Source of the DNA: a virus
Taxonomy: Duplodnaviria; Caudoviricetes
DNA: 52,535 bases
Virus record (IMG/VR): IMGVR_UViG_3300024520_007217
Location: 1 to 52,535 of that record
Direction: 5' to 3' (one strand)
The first letter of the stretch is position 1; each line of letters opens with the position of its first letter. Of this stretch, positions 43,626-52,535 are shown in pieces. A program made the translations under genes and the position numbers. Below the pieces are notes generated by a model, which saw only the letters and a program-made list of their open reading frames with translations, was not told the origin of the DNA and ran no database searches.

Positions 43626-44675
43626 ATGAGCAAACTATTAATTGATTCCCCCCCCCTCCAAGTATTACCCCAACTTGCAGTACTTATCGGCCTAAATCAA
43701 GCAATTGTGTTACAACAACTCCACTATTGGCTAAATAACTCAAAAGTCGGAAAAACAGATGATAACGGCGTAAAGTGGGTTCGCAACTCTGTTCCAGAAT
43801 GGAGACAAGATAACTTCCCTTTTTGGAGCGAGAAAACAATTAAACGCATTTTTGATGATCTTGTTGAACATAATCTATTATATCGAACTGATACCCTCAA
43901 CAAATTCAAACAAGATCGCACTCGTTGGTACACCATCAACTACAAACAGCTTGAAAACATTATGGCAACTGGACAAGTTGTCACATCCAAAGGGACAAGT
44001 TGTCACCCCCCAAAGGGACAAGTTGTCACCCCCCAAAGGGACAAGTTGTCACCTACGTTACCAGAGACTACAACAGAGACTACAACAGAGAATCCGCAAA
44101 CCCCCAAAAAAAACGACTGCCACCCCGCACCAGAAGAAGTATCTCTCGCCTACGACATCACCGGCGAACCGACTAGAAGAGACATATCACCTTCCCGATT
44201 CCAACCTCTCGACTTCCTTCCACCACACAACGAGTCAAAGCCAAGGCTAACTCAATCAGAACAAGACAACCTTTTGATTTTTGGGCAAATCAATCCAGGG
44301 CAGGGGCTAACAAAAACAGAGGAAGAGATTGAGGACAAAGTGCGCTCCTCGGGATGGGAGCTTGACGATCCAGACGAGCGACAGGCGCTCATACACTTTT
44401 TGGTGGCCGCCAAAGAAACCGACATCTATATGCACATTCCCCAGGATGACTTCAACCGGGGCAAATGGCGCATTGGATTACGCGAACATATAGATAATTT
44501 TCTCTTAGCAAAGCTCCGAGATATGTATACTGCTGCATTTAATGCCTCTAAGGGGAACTTCCGTGTGGGCCATCCCAAAGCGCTGACAACGACGCTCTTT
44601 ACCATCGACCCGGACAATCCCACCGCAGGCAATGATGATGACAATGATGAATTCCTGCCAGAAATTACGTTTTAG
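43626..44675 (+). CDS. Replication initiator (replisome organiser type)
   Basis: LAVLIGLNQAIVLQQLHYWL...FPFWSEKTIKR...DRTRWYTINY; PETTTETT linker; contains iterons. Confidence 0.85.
   Translation: MSKLLIDSPPLQVLPQLAVLIGLNQAIVLQQLHYWLNNSKVGKTDDNGVKWVRNSVPEWRQDNFPFWSEKTIKRIFDDLVEHNLLYRTDTLNKFKQDRTRWYTINYKQLENIMATGQVVTSKGTSCHPPKGQVVTPQRDKLSPTLPETTTETTTENPQTPKKNDCHPAPEEVSLAYDITGEPTRRDISPSRFQPLDFLPPHNESKPRLTQSEQDNLLIFGQINPGQGLTKTEEEIEDKVRSSGWELDDPDERQALIHFLVAAKETDIYMHIPQDDFNRGKWRIGLREHIDNFLLAKLRDMYTAAFNASKGNFRVGHPKALTTTLFTIDPDNPTAGNDDDNDEFLPEITF
43971..44052. repeat. Iterons, probable replication origin
   Basis: Four copies of GGACAAGTTGTCAC at 22-23 bp spacing. Confidence 0.85.
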
Positions 44676-44733
44676 ATAATGGAGACCCTGATCTCTGAGC
44701 TAACCCATTTTTTGCTAACTGAAGGAGAAACCC

Positions 44734-45045
44734 ATGATTAATATAGGGCCACTCAACAAAGTAGTATGTATTCAATGTGGAAGAGAACCTTATAAACGGA
44801 AAGGAATCACATATAAATTATGTTCCCAATGTGGTTGGGATGCGTTAATGACTCTCTTAGAGCAAAGCGAAGAAGAGGAACAACAAAACGTTGATGAATA
44901 CCTGCGGAATAATGGCTATGATCCCGAAAAAATAGCGAAAGAAATCGAAACCCTTGTCTCTAAATTGGTTGCGCGTCGGAATGAAAAAGAGGGATTGCCA
45001 ACCGAAGAGAGGCTTAGAAATTGGTGGACAAACGCATTAAGCTAA
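44734..45045 (+). CDS. Zinc-finger hypothetical protein
   Basis: CIQC...CSQC; AAGGAG RBS. Confidence 0.65.
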   Translation: MINIGPLNKVVCIQCGREPYKRKGITYKLCSQCGWDALMTLLEQSEEEEQQNVDEYLRNNGYDPEKIAKEIETLVSKLVARRNEKEGLPTEERLRNWWTNALS

Positions 45046-45049
45046 ACCG

Positions 45050-45301
45050 ATGGATTTTAACGAATTGTGGCAAAATTGCCTAAGTCAGCCTGATAAAAAC
45101 GATACATTCTGGTGGGTCGGATGGGACGTGAGGCTTGGGAAGCAATATATCCCCAGAGCAGAACGCATTTTGGTGGCAGTCGCGTCAAGTGATCGGTGCG
45201 CCATTTGTCCGAGAGCCAAGTTGCTTTACCCCGATGGTCATCGGTCAATGACATGTGGCTCACCTGATTGCATCCGAAAATGGCTGCATATTTCTAAGTG
45301 A
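45050..45301 (+). CDS. Small Cys-containing protein
   Basis: CAIC...TCGSPDC. Confidence 0.55.
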   Translation: MDFNELWQNCLSQPDKNDTFWWVGWDVRLGKQYIPRAERILVAVASSDRCAICPRAKLLYPDGHRSMTCGSPDCIRKWLHISK

Positions 45302-45311
45302 GGTAAAGAAA

Positions 45312-45569
45312 ATGATTGAGCAAACCGAAATTATTGGGCCGACCGACGAACACAGATGGGCTATCAGGCTTACTATTCTTGCGTTTGTCCTGGCTTTTGG
45401 GAGCGGGCTGGTAACTTCATTCCAAAAATCTAATATCGCGCTTAAACAGCAAAAAATAGCTTATTGCGCGGAGCAAGATAGGTTGCTTATCTCATCCAGA
45501 TTGTTTTATGATGAAAGTTTGGGTTTTTGTCGATTTGTGCATATTCCAGATGTGAGGTTGTCAGAATGA
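45312..45569 (+). CDS. Small membrane protein
   Basis: Start moved to MIEQ behind GAGGT; one hydrophobic helix. Confidence 0.55.
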   Translation: MIEQTEIIGPTDEHRWAIRLTILAFVLAFGSGLVTSFQKSNIALKQQKIAYCAEQDRLLISSRLFYDESLGFCRFVHIPDVRLSE

Positions 45570-46486
45570 GCGTAGCCCCTTATCCTGGACCTTGTATCAA
45601 TTGTGGGACGTTTGACAAGGTACCCTCAGCAGGGTTTCGATTAAAACGCTGCTATGCGTGCTATAAATATCATTGGCGGCATGGCGTTGAGCGACCGTCG
45701 ATTTTTTGGACTCTTGACAAGGGATTTTGTTCTAATTGCAAAATCCCGCTTATTCGGAAAAAAGGAAATTCAATAAAAGGGCGCTGCTCAAAATGCAATC
45801 ATTATTTTTGGCGGCATGGGGTTGAGCGACCGCAATCTTTAGTTTGTCCCCCTTCCCCCCCCACCCATTGCAAGAACAGTAATTGCAAAAAATTACTGTC
45901 GGATGATCCTTACGCTCAGGCGGGATACTGCAATCCTTGCTACTGTTATCAAAGAAGATGTGATATGGAACGTCCGAAATATTTATGCCTGAATCCCGGC
46001 ATAATCAAAAGGAACGAATATACCTATTGCAGAAACGCCAATTGCGAAAAATTATTAAAGGAAGATAGACGACCTATACGGGGATATTGCAATGCTTGCT
46101 ATTTCTACCACCTGACCAGGGGTCGGAAGCGCTCAAAATACCTGTGCTCACGACCCCCATTGGTAAAAAGGGGGCAGTACACGCATTGTAAAAACAACAA
46201 CTGCGGGATACCGATTTTTGATGGGCATCAATACATAATCCCCTCAACAAGAGGTTGGTGCAATCCCTGTTACCGATATTATAAAAAATATGGGGGGAAG
46301 AAGAGTAGACCAAGAGAATTGTGCATAGAAGCAGACGTTTTGGGGTGGTGCGATTGTGGAAAAGCAGCATTTTATGAAGAGCCTATCACATTACTTGGAT
46401 TCGGCGAGCGAGACGTGACAGAGAGACAAGAGAAATTACTATTATGCAAGGAATGCTTTTATGACTTTTATCAATACACCGGTTGA
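45566..46486 (+). CDS. Tandem zinc-finger protein (GATA-like fingers)
   Basis: Five CxxC/CxNxNC...CxxCYxY...RP units plus a terminal CxC...CxxC. Confidence 0.7.
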   Translation: MSVAPYPGPCINCGTFDKVPSAGFRLKRCYACYKYHWRHGVERPSIFWTLDKGFCSNCKIPLIRKKGNSIKGRCSKCNHYFWRHGVERPQSLVCPPSPPTHCKNSNCKKLLSDDPYAQAGYCNPCYCYQRRCDMERPKYLCLNPGIIKRNEYTYCRNANCEKLLKEDRRPIRGYCNACYFYHLTRGRKRSKYLCSRPPLVKRGQYTHCKNNNCGIPIFDGHQYIIPSTRGWCNPCYRYYKKYGGKKSRPRELCIEADVLGWCDCGKAAFYEEPITLLGFGERDVTERQEKLLLCKECFYDFYQYTG

Positions 46487-47411
46487 AAGTTCAAATTCTT
46501 TTCTGCGGTACGCGGACGAGATCAAGCACGATCCGGGCGTGAAATTCGGAACAAACAGACTTGATAAATTCATCATCCCGGCTCGAAGGGGAGAAGTCAT
46601 CGGCATTGTGGGCAATTCAGGCTATGGTAAATCGAGCTATATGTCCTTTATTGCAGTCAACGAGGCTCGAGCAATAAAATCTCGAGGCACCGGCACTATA
46701 AACAAAGATAAACCAGGGGAAGCGGTTCTTTATGTCACCTGGGAGCAAACAATTGAGACCCAGGAGGCATCAACACAGGCCAACAAGCGCTTGACTATTA
46801 GCGACATCGCCTGGGGGAGAGTCCATCAAAAGAGCCTCGTGGAGGCACAAAAAACACGCCTCCAACTTCCACTATGGATTGCCGGACGCAGCCACTATAG
46901 CAGATCCGTAAATAAGATGTTTGTGCCTGATTTGTTTGCCGAGATAGTGCAAACACAAACTCAATTCAATATCACATTTAAGGCCATAATTCTGGACTAT
47001 TTACAGCTTATCCCGGTTCAAAAAGGGCAAACGAGAGTCGAACAAATCAGCCAGGCCATTCTCGATACCAAAGAGCTTGCCCTCAACGCAGGTTGCCCGG
47101 TTTTTGTTGGCGTTCAGGCAAAAATAGCGGTACTTGATCGCCCCGATCCCGTACCTGGCATGGGGGATACTTTCTATTCAAGCGAGTTGGACCACGTGCT
47201 CGATAAGGGGCTGGGGATTTTTAAGGTAGCAAAAAAATACCCAATCGGAAGCGAGTATAAATTCTCGACTAACGGGCAAGCTCAGTCAATACCCGTGACT
47301 GATGAGCTGTTTATTTTTAATCTTTTCAAGCAGAGATGGGACACGAGCAACATGCGGCAATTCATTCATTTTGACATCAACAAAATGGAATTAGGAGATA
47401 TGGTTTCATGA
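46461..47411 (+). CDS. DnaB-like replicative helicase (C-terminal domain only)
   Basis: GNSGYGKS, VTWEQ, IILDYLQLI, KELAL...PVFVGVQ, KQR. Confidence 0.88.
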   Translation: MTFINTPVESSNSFLRYADEIKHDPGVKFGTNRLDKFIIPARRGEVIGIVGNSGYGKSSYMSFIAVNEARAIKSRGTGTINKDKPGEAVLYVTWEQTIETQEASTQANKRLTISDIAWGRVHQKSLVEAQKTRLQLPLWIAGRSHYSRSVNKMFVPDLFAEIVQTQTQFNITFKAIILDYLQLIPVQKGQTRVEQISQAILDTKELALNAGCPVFVGVQAKIAVLDRPDPVPGMGDTFYSSELDHVLDKGLGIFKVAKKYPIGSEYKFSTNGQAQSIPVTDELFIFNLFKQRWDTSNMRQFIHFDINKMELGDMVS

Positions 47412-48769
47412 CACTTCCAACCTGCAAAATCATCAATTCTGATATCATCCAATGGGGCAAGGGTCATGAGTGGCTGGTCCAAAACGCAGATGGGCCATTC
47501 CATTTCATCTTCGGAGACTGGCCATACAATCTGGAATCGATTCTGAAGCGGTTCGGGGGGGCAAACTCAGCGCCTGCGCAACCTGGCAAGGACGGGTCGT
47601 TCCAGCGTCAAAGCGCGGGCTTTATGGGCCTCGATTGGGATGGTTCACAACTGGCTTACCAAGCATCAACCTGGAATCTACTTGCCCGCCTCCTTCATCC
47701 AGGCGGGTTCACTGCCTCATTCTCTCACGCCCGCAAATTTCACCGACTGGCGATGGCCCAGGAGGAAGCCGGGTTCATCCTCAATCCGGCCATTGACACT
47801 CGCATCGTGCCCATGACCCTGGCCTGGCTTTACTCGACCGGCAAACCGAACGGGACTAGTGTTGAGGCTGGGTTACAGAGGGGGGATCACCCATTGGCTG
47901 GAACGTGGGAAGGGTTTCAATACGGCTGCCCTTTGGCGCCCGAGTACGAACCGATTGTCATCGCCCAAAAGCCGTATTCTGGCAATTCAGTCGATTCTAT
48001 CACTCGCACCGGGGCTGGAGCCTACAATATTCAGGCTGGAAAAGCATTTCAAACTAATGGTCGGTTTCCTGGTACAGTGGCCTTGGTACATCATCCAGAA
48101 TGCAAAAAAGGGGGACATCGAGAAATCAAAAATAACAGCGGGCATGTCTCCGGTAATGAGCCGAGCGTGTCGGGCAAGCATGTTTACGGCAAACAGAAAC
48201 GTACCAGCTACAAAGCCAAAAAGGGAGAGGGAGGGAATGAACCGATTCCCGATTATCATTGCCACCCTGATTGCTCAGTAAATGAGGTTCCAGGGCCTGA
48301 CAAGGCTCATTACTTTGCCCAAGCCGATTGGTCCTGGGAAGTGTTGGAGTGCATGGCAACCGCAAATCCCTACTTCTACGAAGCCAAGGTTGGGCCGAGA
48401 GAGCGGGATGCAGGTTGTCACGATCTGCATAATAATCATCCAACTTTAAAACCCATAAAGTTGTGCCAAGCTATTGCGGCTCTGTTTTTGCCGCCAAAGG
48501 AATATTCGCCCCGGCGAGTCCTGGTTCCATGCAGCGGTACGGGGAGCGAGGCGATTGGCTGTTTACTGGCCGGCTGGGATGAAATAGTGATGGTGGAATC
48601 GAGTCCTCATTACTGCAAAATAGCTGAAACTCGAATGAAGTTTTTCTATGAATTTGTCCACTACGGGCAGACAGACGTTGATACCATTTTGAATAGCATT
48701 GCTGAATCTAATGAGAGCGATAAAGATAAACAATTAAGCCTTCTGGACCTTGAGGAGGAAATGGCATGA
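47408..48769 (+). CDS. N6/N4 DNA methyltransferase
   Basis: GDWPYNL, GFMGLDWD, PEYEPIVIAQKP, GRFPG, HPTLKP, LVPCSGTGSE. Confidence 0.85.
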   Translation: MTLPTCKIINSDIIQWGKGHEWLVQNADGPFHFIFGDWPYNLESILKRFGGANSAPAQPGKDGSFQRQSAGFMGLDWDGSQLAYQASTWNLLARLLHPGGFTASFSHARKFHRLAMAQEEAGFILNPAIDTRIVPMTLAWLYSTGKPNGTSVEAGLQRGDHPLAGTWEGFQYGCPLAPEYEPIVIAQKPYSGNSVDSITRTGAGAYNIQAGKAFQTNGRFPGTVALVHHPECKKGGHREIKNNSGHVSGNEPSVSGKHVYGKQKRTSYKAKKGEGGNEPIPDYHCHPDCSVNEVPGPDKAHYFAQADWSWEVLECMATANPYFYEAKVGPRERDAGCHDLHNNHPTLKPIKLCQAIAALFLPPKEYSPRRVLVPCSGTGSEAIGCLLAGWDEIVMVESSPHYCKIAETRMKFFYEFVHYGQTDVDTILNSIAESNESDKDKQLSLLDLEEEMA

Positions 48770-49821
48770 AAGCCTTCGTCGGGTTTGCTGGGGTTGGGGG
48801 CGTAGACATCGCCCTGCGCGAGTTCGGATTTGATATCGTTGGGGTTGAGATTGATAATGACATTGCGGAGGCAAATCGGGCAAATGGCGGCAACGTCATC
48901 ACGGCGGACATCAGGGAAATTAACACAAGAGACTACGCAGACTACAACCTGATGCACTTCTCTCCGCCGTGCCCGAATTTCAGCCAGGCCAATGCGAGAA
49001 GACGAGAAACAAACTTAGATAGAATTTTTGGGCATACGATGGCTGAATTTGTTGCCCTTGCCAGACCTGAGTATTTTACACTGGAAAACGTCTGGAGTTA
49101 TCAGAGGAGCGAAGCCTGGGCTATTGTCGAAAATGCGCTATTGCAAAATGGGTATGGCGTAGATTTTTGGCATCTAAATGCCGCTAATTATGGAATTCCT
49201 CAGACCCGTAAGCGCATGATAGTCATCGCACGGCGAGACGGGCGGAAGCCGCAAAAGCCGTTCCCCACTCACGCTAAGTGCCCGGATATGTTCACAAGGG
49301 TCTGGGTTGGTTGGCATGAAGCCATTGCCGACCTGATACCTGAACTACCTGAAACGAATCTGGCTCCCTGGCAGATTGATCGTATGCCAGAGGAGATTAA
49401 TACCTATCTAATCATGACCGGGAACAAAAACCGGAACGGAATAGATAATGTTCCAGGGAGAGGTTGGTTGAAACCTTCATCACCGTCCAATACGGTCACG
49501 ACAAGGGGCATTCCTAGAGCTGTACTTGTTAGCGGCCAGTATCAGACGCCAAATTATGGCAGTAAACGCATTGTCCAAAATCGTTCAGCCGATCAACCCG
49601 TATGGACAATCACGGCAAGTGAGCATCTGGATACTCGATGTTGTTTCATGGAAACGGGGCGAGTTGTAGCCCTAACGCCGAGAGCACTGGCCCGGCTTCA
49701 GGGCTTCCCAGATTGGGTCCAACTTCCGACGGACCGGGGCTTGGCTTGCCGTGTTATTGGCAATGCGGTACCGCCGGGGTTGTATCGGGCGATATTAAGA
49801 AGTCTTGGATTCGTAAAGTAA
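48766..49821 (+). CDS. dcm: C5 cytosine DNA methyltransferase
   Basis: FAGVGG, SPPCPNFS, LENV, PQTRKR, ARLQGFPD, IGNAVPP. Confidence 0.95.
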   Translation: MKAFVGFAGVGGVDIALREFGFDIVGVEIDNDIAEANRANGGNVITADIREINTRDYADYNLMHFSPPCPNFSQANARRRETNLDRIFGHTMAEFVALARPEYFTLENVWSYQRSEAWAIVENALLQNGYGVDFWHLNAANYGIPQTRKRMIVIARRDGRKPQKPFPTHAKCPDMFTRVWVGWHEAIADLIPELPETNLAPWQIDRMPEEINTYLIMTGNKNRNGIDNVPGRGWLKPSSPSNTVTTRGIPRAVLVSGQYQTPNYGSKRIVQNRSADQPVWTITASEHLDTRCCFMETGRVVALTPRALARLQGFPDWVQLPTDRGLACRVIGNAVPPGLYRAILRSLGFVK

Positions 49822-49829
49822 TTTGGACC

Positions 49830-49857
49830 TTGACATTACAGAACAATGTAGTATAAT
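49830..49857 (+). promoter_or_regulatory. Sigma70-type promoter upstream of ERF
   Basis: TTGACA-16-TATAAT. Confidence 0.7.
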
Positions 49858-49917
49858 ATAGTATATATCTAAATACTCTGTAACCGTTACGGTTGGTGCC
49901 ATGACCATGATCTGGTT

Positions 49918-50883
49918 ATGGCACTTATGAACAAAAAGGAGCAAACAGTGAGTACAAAACGAAGCGAACACATAAACGAGTTAGCATTGGCCCTAAGCCT
50001 GGCTCAGGCCCAGATTTCGTCGGCCAGGAAGGACTCGGAAAACCCACATTTAAGAATCGGATACTCATCCCTAGATAGCGTATGGAACGCGTGCCGGAAG
50101 CCATTATCGGATAATGGATTGGCTGTTGTTCAAATTCCCAGTAACAATGAGAATGGCCGCCTTATGTTAGAGACGATTCTTATTCATTCTTCTGGGCAAT
50201 GGATCAGCACTGGAGAGCTAGAAGTTCCCCAATTTAGTCAGAAGGGAATCAACGAATTGCAAGCGATGGGGGGAGCGATTACGTATGTCCGGCGGTACGC
50301 GCTGGGGGCGCTCGTGGGAGTGACAACAAAAGAAGAAGACAATGATGGGAATAATGACCCACATTGGTCGGAGATTTCAAGGAACGTTAAAACCATCAGC
50401 GAATCTCTAAAAAGTGAGGGAATACAGATCGAAACATTGTTTGAGGCTTGCAAGGCGAGAAGCTGGTCAGAGATGGTTACATTTAGTGGATCAGGGCAGG
50501 ATGCGCTGAGAAAAGCACGCAGCTTGCATAAGACAAGAGAGGAAAAGCACTGGTCATCCGTGCCAGAAAACCGCATTGGGTTACTACAGTTAATTAGCGA
50601 GAAAGATATCCCAGTATCTTCGCTATTTGAGGCTTGCAAGGTGACTAGTTGGGCAGAGATGGTTACCTTTAGCGGATCTGGACAGGATGCTTATAACGCA
50701 ACTTTGGCTAATTGGAAGCCACCTGCCCCGCAAGATAATACGTCTACCGCTGAGGAATGGCGGAGAGAAGAGGCTGACGCAGATTCGCCTCAATCTCATG
50801 ACTTCGTTACTTCTGCTAAGGAATGGGCGGAAGAAGTGACCGACACAAGCGCGCCTCAACCGAATAACCCTAATGCCTCCTAA
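49918..50883 (+). CDS. erf: ERF-family ssDNA annealing protein (start possibly GTG 49948)
   Basis: KDSENPHL..YSSL, LSDNGLAVVQ, TILIHSSGQWI, QAMGGAITYVRRYAL, EDNDGN. Confidence 0.9.
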   Translation: MALMNKKEQTVSTKRSEHINELALALSLAQAQISSARKDSENPHLRIGYSSLDSVWNACRKPLSDNGLAVVQIPSNNENGRLMLETILIHSSGQWISTGELEVPQFSQKGINELQAMGGAITYVRRYALGALVGVTTKEEDNDGNNDPHWSEISRNVKTISESLKSEGIQIETLFEACKARSWSEMVTFSGSGQDALRKARSLHKTREEKHWSSVPENRIGLLQLISEKDIPVSSLFEACKVTSWAEMVTFSGSGQDAYNATLANWKPPAPQDNTSTAEEWRREEADADSPQSHDFVTSAKEWAEEVTDTSAPQPNNPNAS

Positions 50884-51251
50884 TGCCTAAAATATTCACC
50901 TGTTTTATCCCCACCTTGCCCCCTGGAATCAACAAAACTTATCTCATCCGTCAAGGGGGCAAGGGGCTGGCACTCACAAAAGAGGCACGCGATTGGGACA
51001 AAAAAGCAGCTTTGATAATCGGAGCCGAAGCCGGGCTTCAAGACTGGCAATATGAGCCCGGCTTTGGCTATGGATTAGTGATAATCTGGGGTGGGGGGTA
51101 TCATGATGCAGACGCTCACCTGAAATTAGTCCAAGATTGCGTGTCTCGAAAATTAGGGTTCGATGACCGATATATAGTAAAATCGGTCATCGAACGAAGG
51201 AAGCATTGGGACGGGCTTTACGTAGGATTGGCTGCAATAGAATTAGGCTGA
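50883..51251 (+). CDS. RusA-like Holliday junction resolvase
   Basis: LPPGINKTY, DADAHLKLVQD, GFDDRYI. Confidence 0.75.
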   Translation: MPKIFTCFIPTLPPGINKTYLIRQGGKGLALTKEARDWDKKAALIIGAEAGLQDWQYEPGFGYGLVIIWGGGYHDADAHLKLVQDCVSRKLGFDDRYIVKSVIERRKHWDGLYVGLAAIELG

Positions 51252-51305
51252 TTAGAGAGAAAAAGATGAAACTTGAAATCAAAATGCAAATCGGTCCTGT
51301 CGGCG

Positions 51306-51473
51306 TTATATTCCCAAGTTTAACCAGTGGATTCCACGTTGGCTGGGGCCTGATTCATATAGGCCGATTGTGGATAGACTGGTGAACGAAACCATTATTT
51401 TGGCAAAGCGCTCGTTGTCATCTGCGCATCGGGCCTCCTCATAGCGTGTCCCTTGACCTGCGGTGCTGGCCAT
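51306..51473 (-). CDS. Small hypothetical protein
   Basis: Likely start MASTAGQG; weak support. Confidence 0.35.
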   Translation of the reverse strand: MASTAGQGTRYEEARCADDNERFAKIMVSFTSLSTIGLYESGPSQRGIHWLNLGI

Positions 51474-51486
51474 TGTGATCAGGCCA

Positions 51487-51666
51487 TTAGCCTTCTTGTT
51501 TGGGTAGGGGGACATCAGAATCCTTGTTAAATTGTTTGCTAACTTGTTCCTGAATTTCATTAATGAGTCTGAAGACTTGCCCGAATGGTCTCCCCCCCAG
51601 AGCAGATAAAATTATATTTAGTTCATCTGAACTTAGCACCAAAGTAATTGGTTTTGCCTTTTCCAC
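51487..51666 (-). CDS. Small helical protein downstream of tail fibre (59 aa)
   Basis: Manual translation from GTG behind AGGAGG: MEKAKPITLVLSSDELNIILSALGGRPFGQVFRLINEIQEQ... Confidence 0.7.
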   Translation of the reverse strand: MEKAKPITLVLSSDELNIILSALGGRPFGQVFRLINEIQEQVSKQFNKDSDVPLPKQEG

Positions 51667-51675
51667 TGCCCTCCT

Positions 51676-52535
51676 TTATGGCTGGATCGCCACTTGTTGA
51701 GCTATTCCAGTATTAAAGATGGCCATTAACCTCGTCTTCCCTGCCCCGTTATCATCTGCATATAGGGTCACCGTCCCCGTCGCGCCTGCCCCCGGGGCTG
51801 CCATTTGTGCTATTCCAATGGCCCCCGCACCAATGTCAAGACGGGACGCTGGATCCACCCCGATCCCAACTTGACCATTATTATCTATCCTCATCCGTTC
51901 AGTGCCTCCCTGTGTCGTATTATCTGCGGCAGTCCAGAATGAAATTAAGGTGACAGCGTTTCTTGGCGTATCCCCCCCTCCTATTGCCACTTCTGTGTCA
52001 GATACAGTTGAATTTAAGTTCATCTGAGTAATATCTTCCTCAGAATTTGTATAATGCCTCCCAACTATACGACTCAGCTTATTAGTTGCATCGGTTGATA
52101 CGTCGGCTATCCTGATCTGAAGCGTCCCCCCTAAAATATCTAGTCTGTCCCCAGGTGAAGCCGTGCCAATACCGGTATTCCCTGATGTGTCTATTGTGAG
52201 TCCGTCGTTCCACGTGACCGCGGAGCCTTGCGAGATTCCGGAATCGTATCGAATTTGGAATAAATCTGAGGTTTTGTAAATCTGGAAGTTACTTCCAGCA
52301 TCTGAACTTTTCCAAGACCCATCCCAATAGCTATCAAAATTGAGAGAGATATTATCATGCCCCAGGTGCAAATCTTGCCTGATCGGATAATCATCAACCG
52401 CTGTTGTAATTTGAATATGAGGCCCGGCTGCGTCGGTATCTTCCCCATCTATGGCTAATTTTGCCCAACCAATACCGCCATGAGGAATCGCAGTAGTATT
52501 TATTCCGATTCTGCCATCTGCGTCCACCCTCAACG
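51676..52535 (-). CDS. Tail fibre / tail spike C-terminal part (partial)
   Basis: Repeated (R/T)IDxxGxxGIGTxxP units; open to the right edge. Confidence 0.8.
   Translation of the reverse strand, partial: LRVDADGRIGINTTAIPHGGIGWAKLAIDGEDTDAAGPHIQITTAVDDYPIRQDLHLGHDNISLNFDSYWDGSWKSSDAGSNFQIYKTSDLFQIRYDSGISQGSAVTWNDGLTIDTSGNTGIGTASPGDRLDILGGTLQIRIADVSTDATNKLSRIVGRHYTNSEEDITQMNLNSTVSDTEVAIGGGDTPRNAVTLISFWTAADNTTQGGTERMRIDNNGQVGIGVDPASRLDIGAGAIGIAQMAAPGAGATGTVTLYADDNGAGKTRLMAIFNTGIAQQVAIQP

Overview
The window is a large part of a tailed dsDNA bacteriophage (or prophage) genome; the host cannot be read from the sequence. Two arms diverge from an AT-rich control region at about 36.72-36.87 kb. The leftward (minus) arm runs through small early genes, nucleotide metabolism (ThyX, MazG-like, MYG1/DHH-like), a DNA methylase, terS/terL, a portal-MuF fusion, a ChaB-protease-HTH-scaffold protein, the major capsid protein, a NUMOD3-HNH endonuclease, and a block of probable capsid-packaged effectors (ADP-ribosyltransferase, DdrB/ParB-metallopeptidase polyvalent protein). 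The rightward (plus) arm carries primase, a replication initiator with internal iterons, a DnaB-like helicase, three more methylase-like genes, ERF and a RusA-like gene. A tail-fibre C-terminus enters from the right edge. No integrase, tRNA, rRNA or CRISPR array was recognised. The strongest unexplained signals are: (1) four dispersed, gap-free, exactly 145-bp copies of an element with a constant scaffold and swappable blocks, placed at module junctions and in two cases directly behind a promoter motif; (2) a shared '...LR-GG-x-x-SGNWGHxGRxGKxGGS' tag on unrelated effector domains next to the capsid gene; (3) a small pseudoknot-like repeat in front of three consecutive early genes; (4) promoter-proximal hairpins sharing GCUGCGGA/UCCGCAGC. 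All calls come from reading motifs by eye; no searches or folding programs were run.
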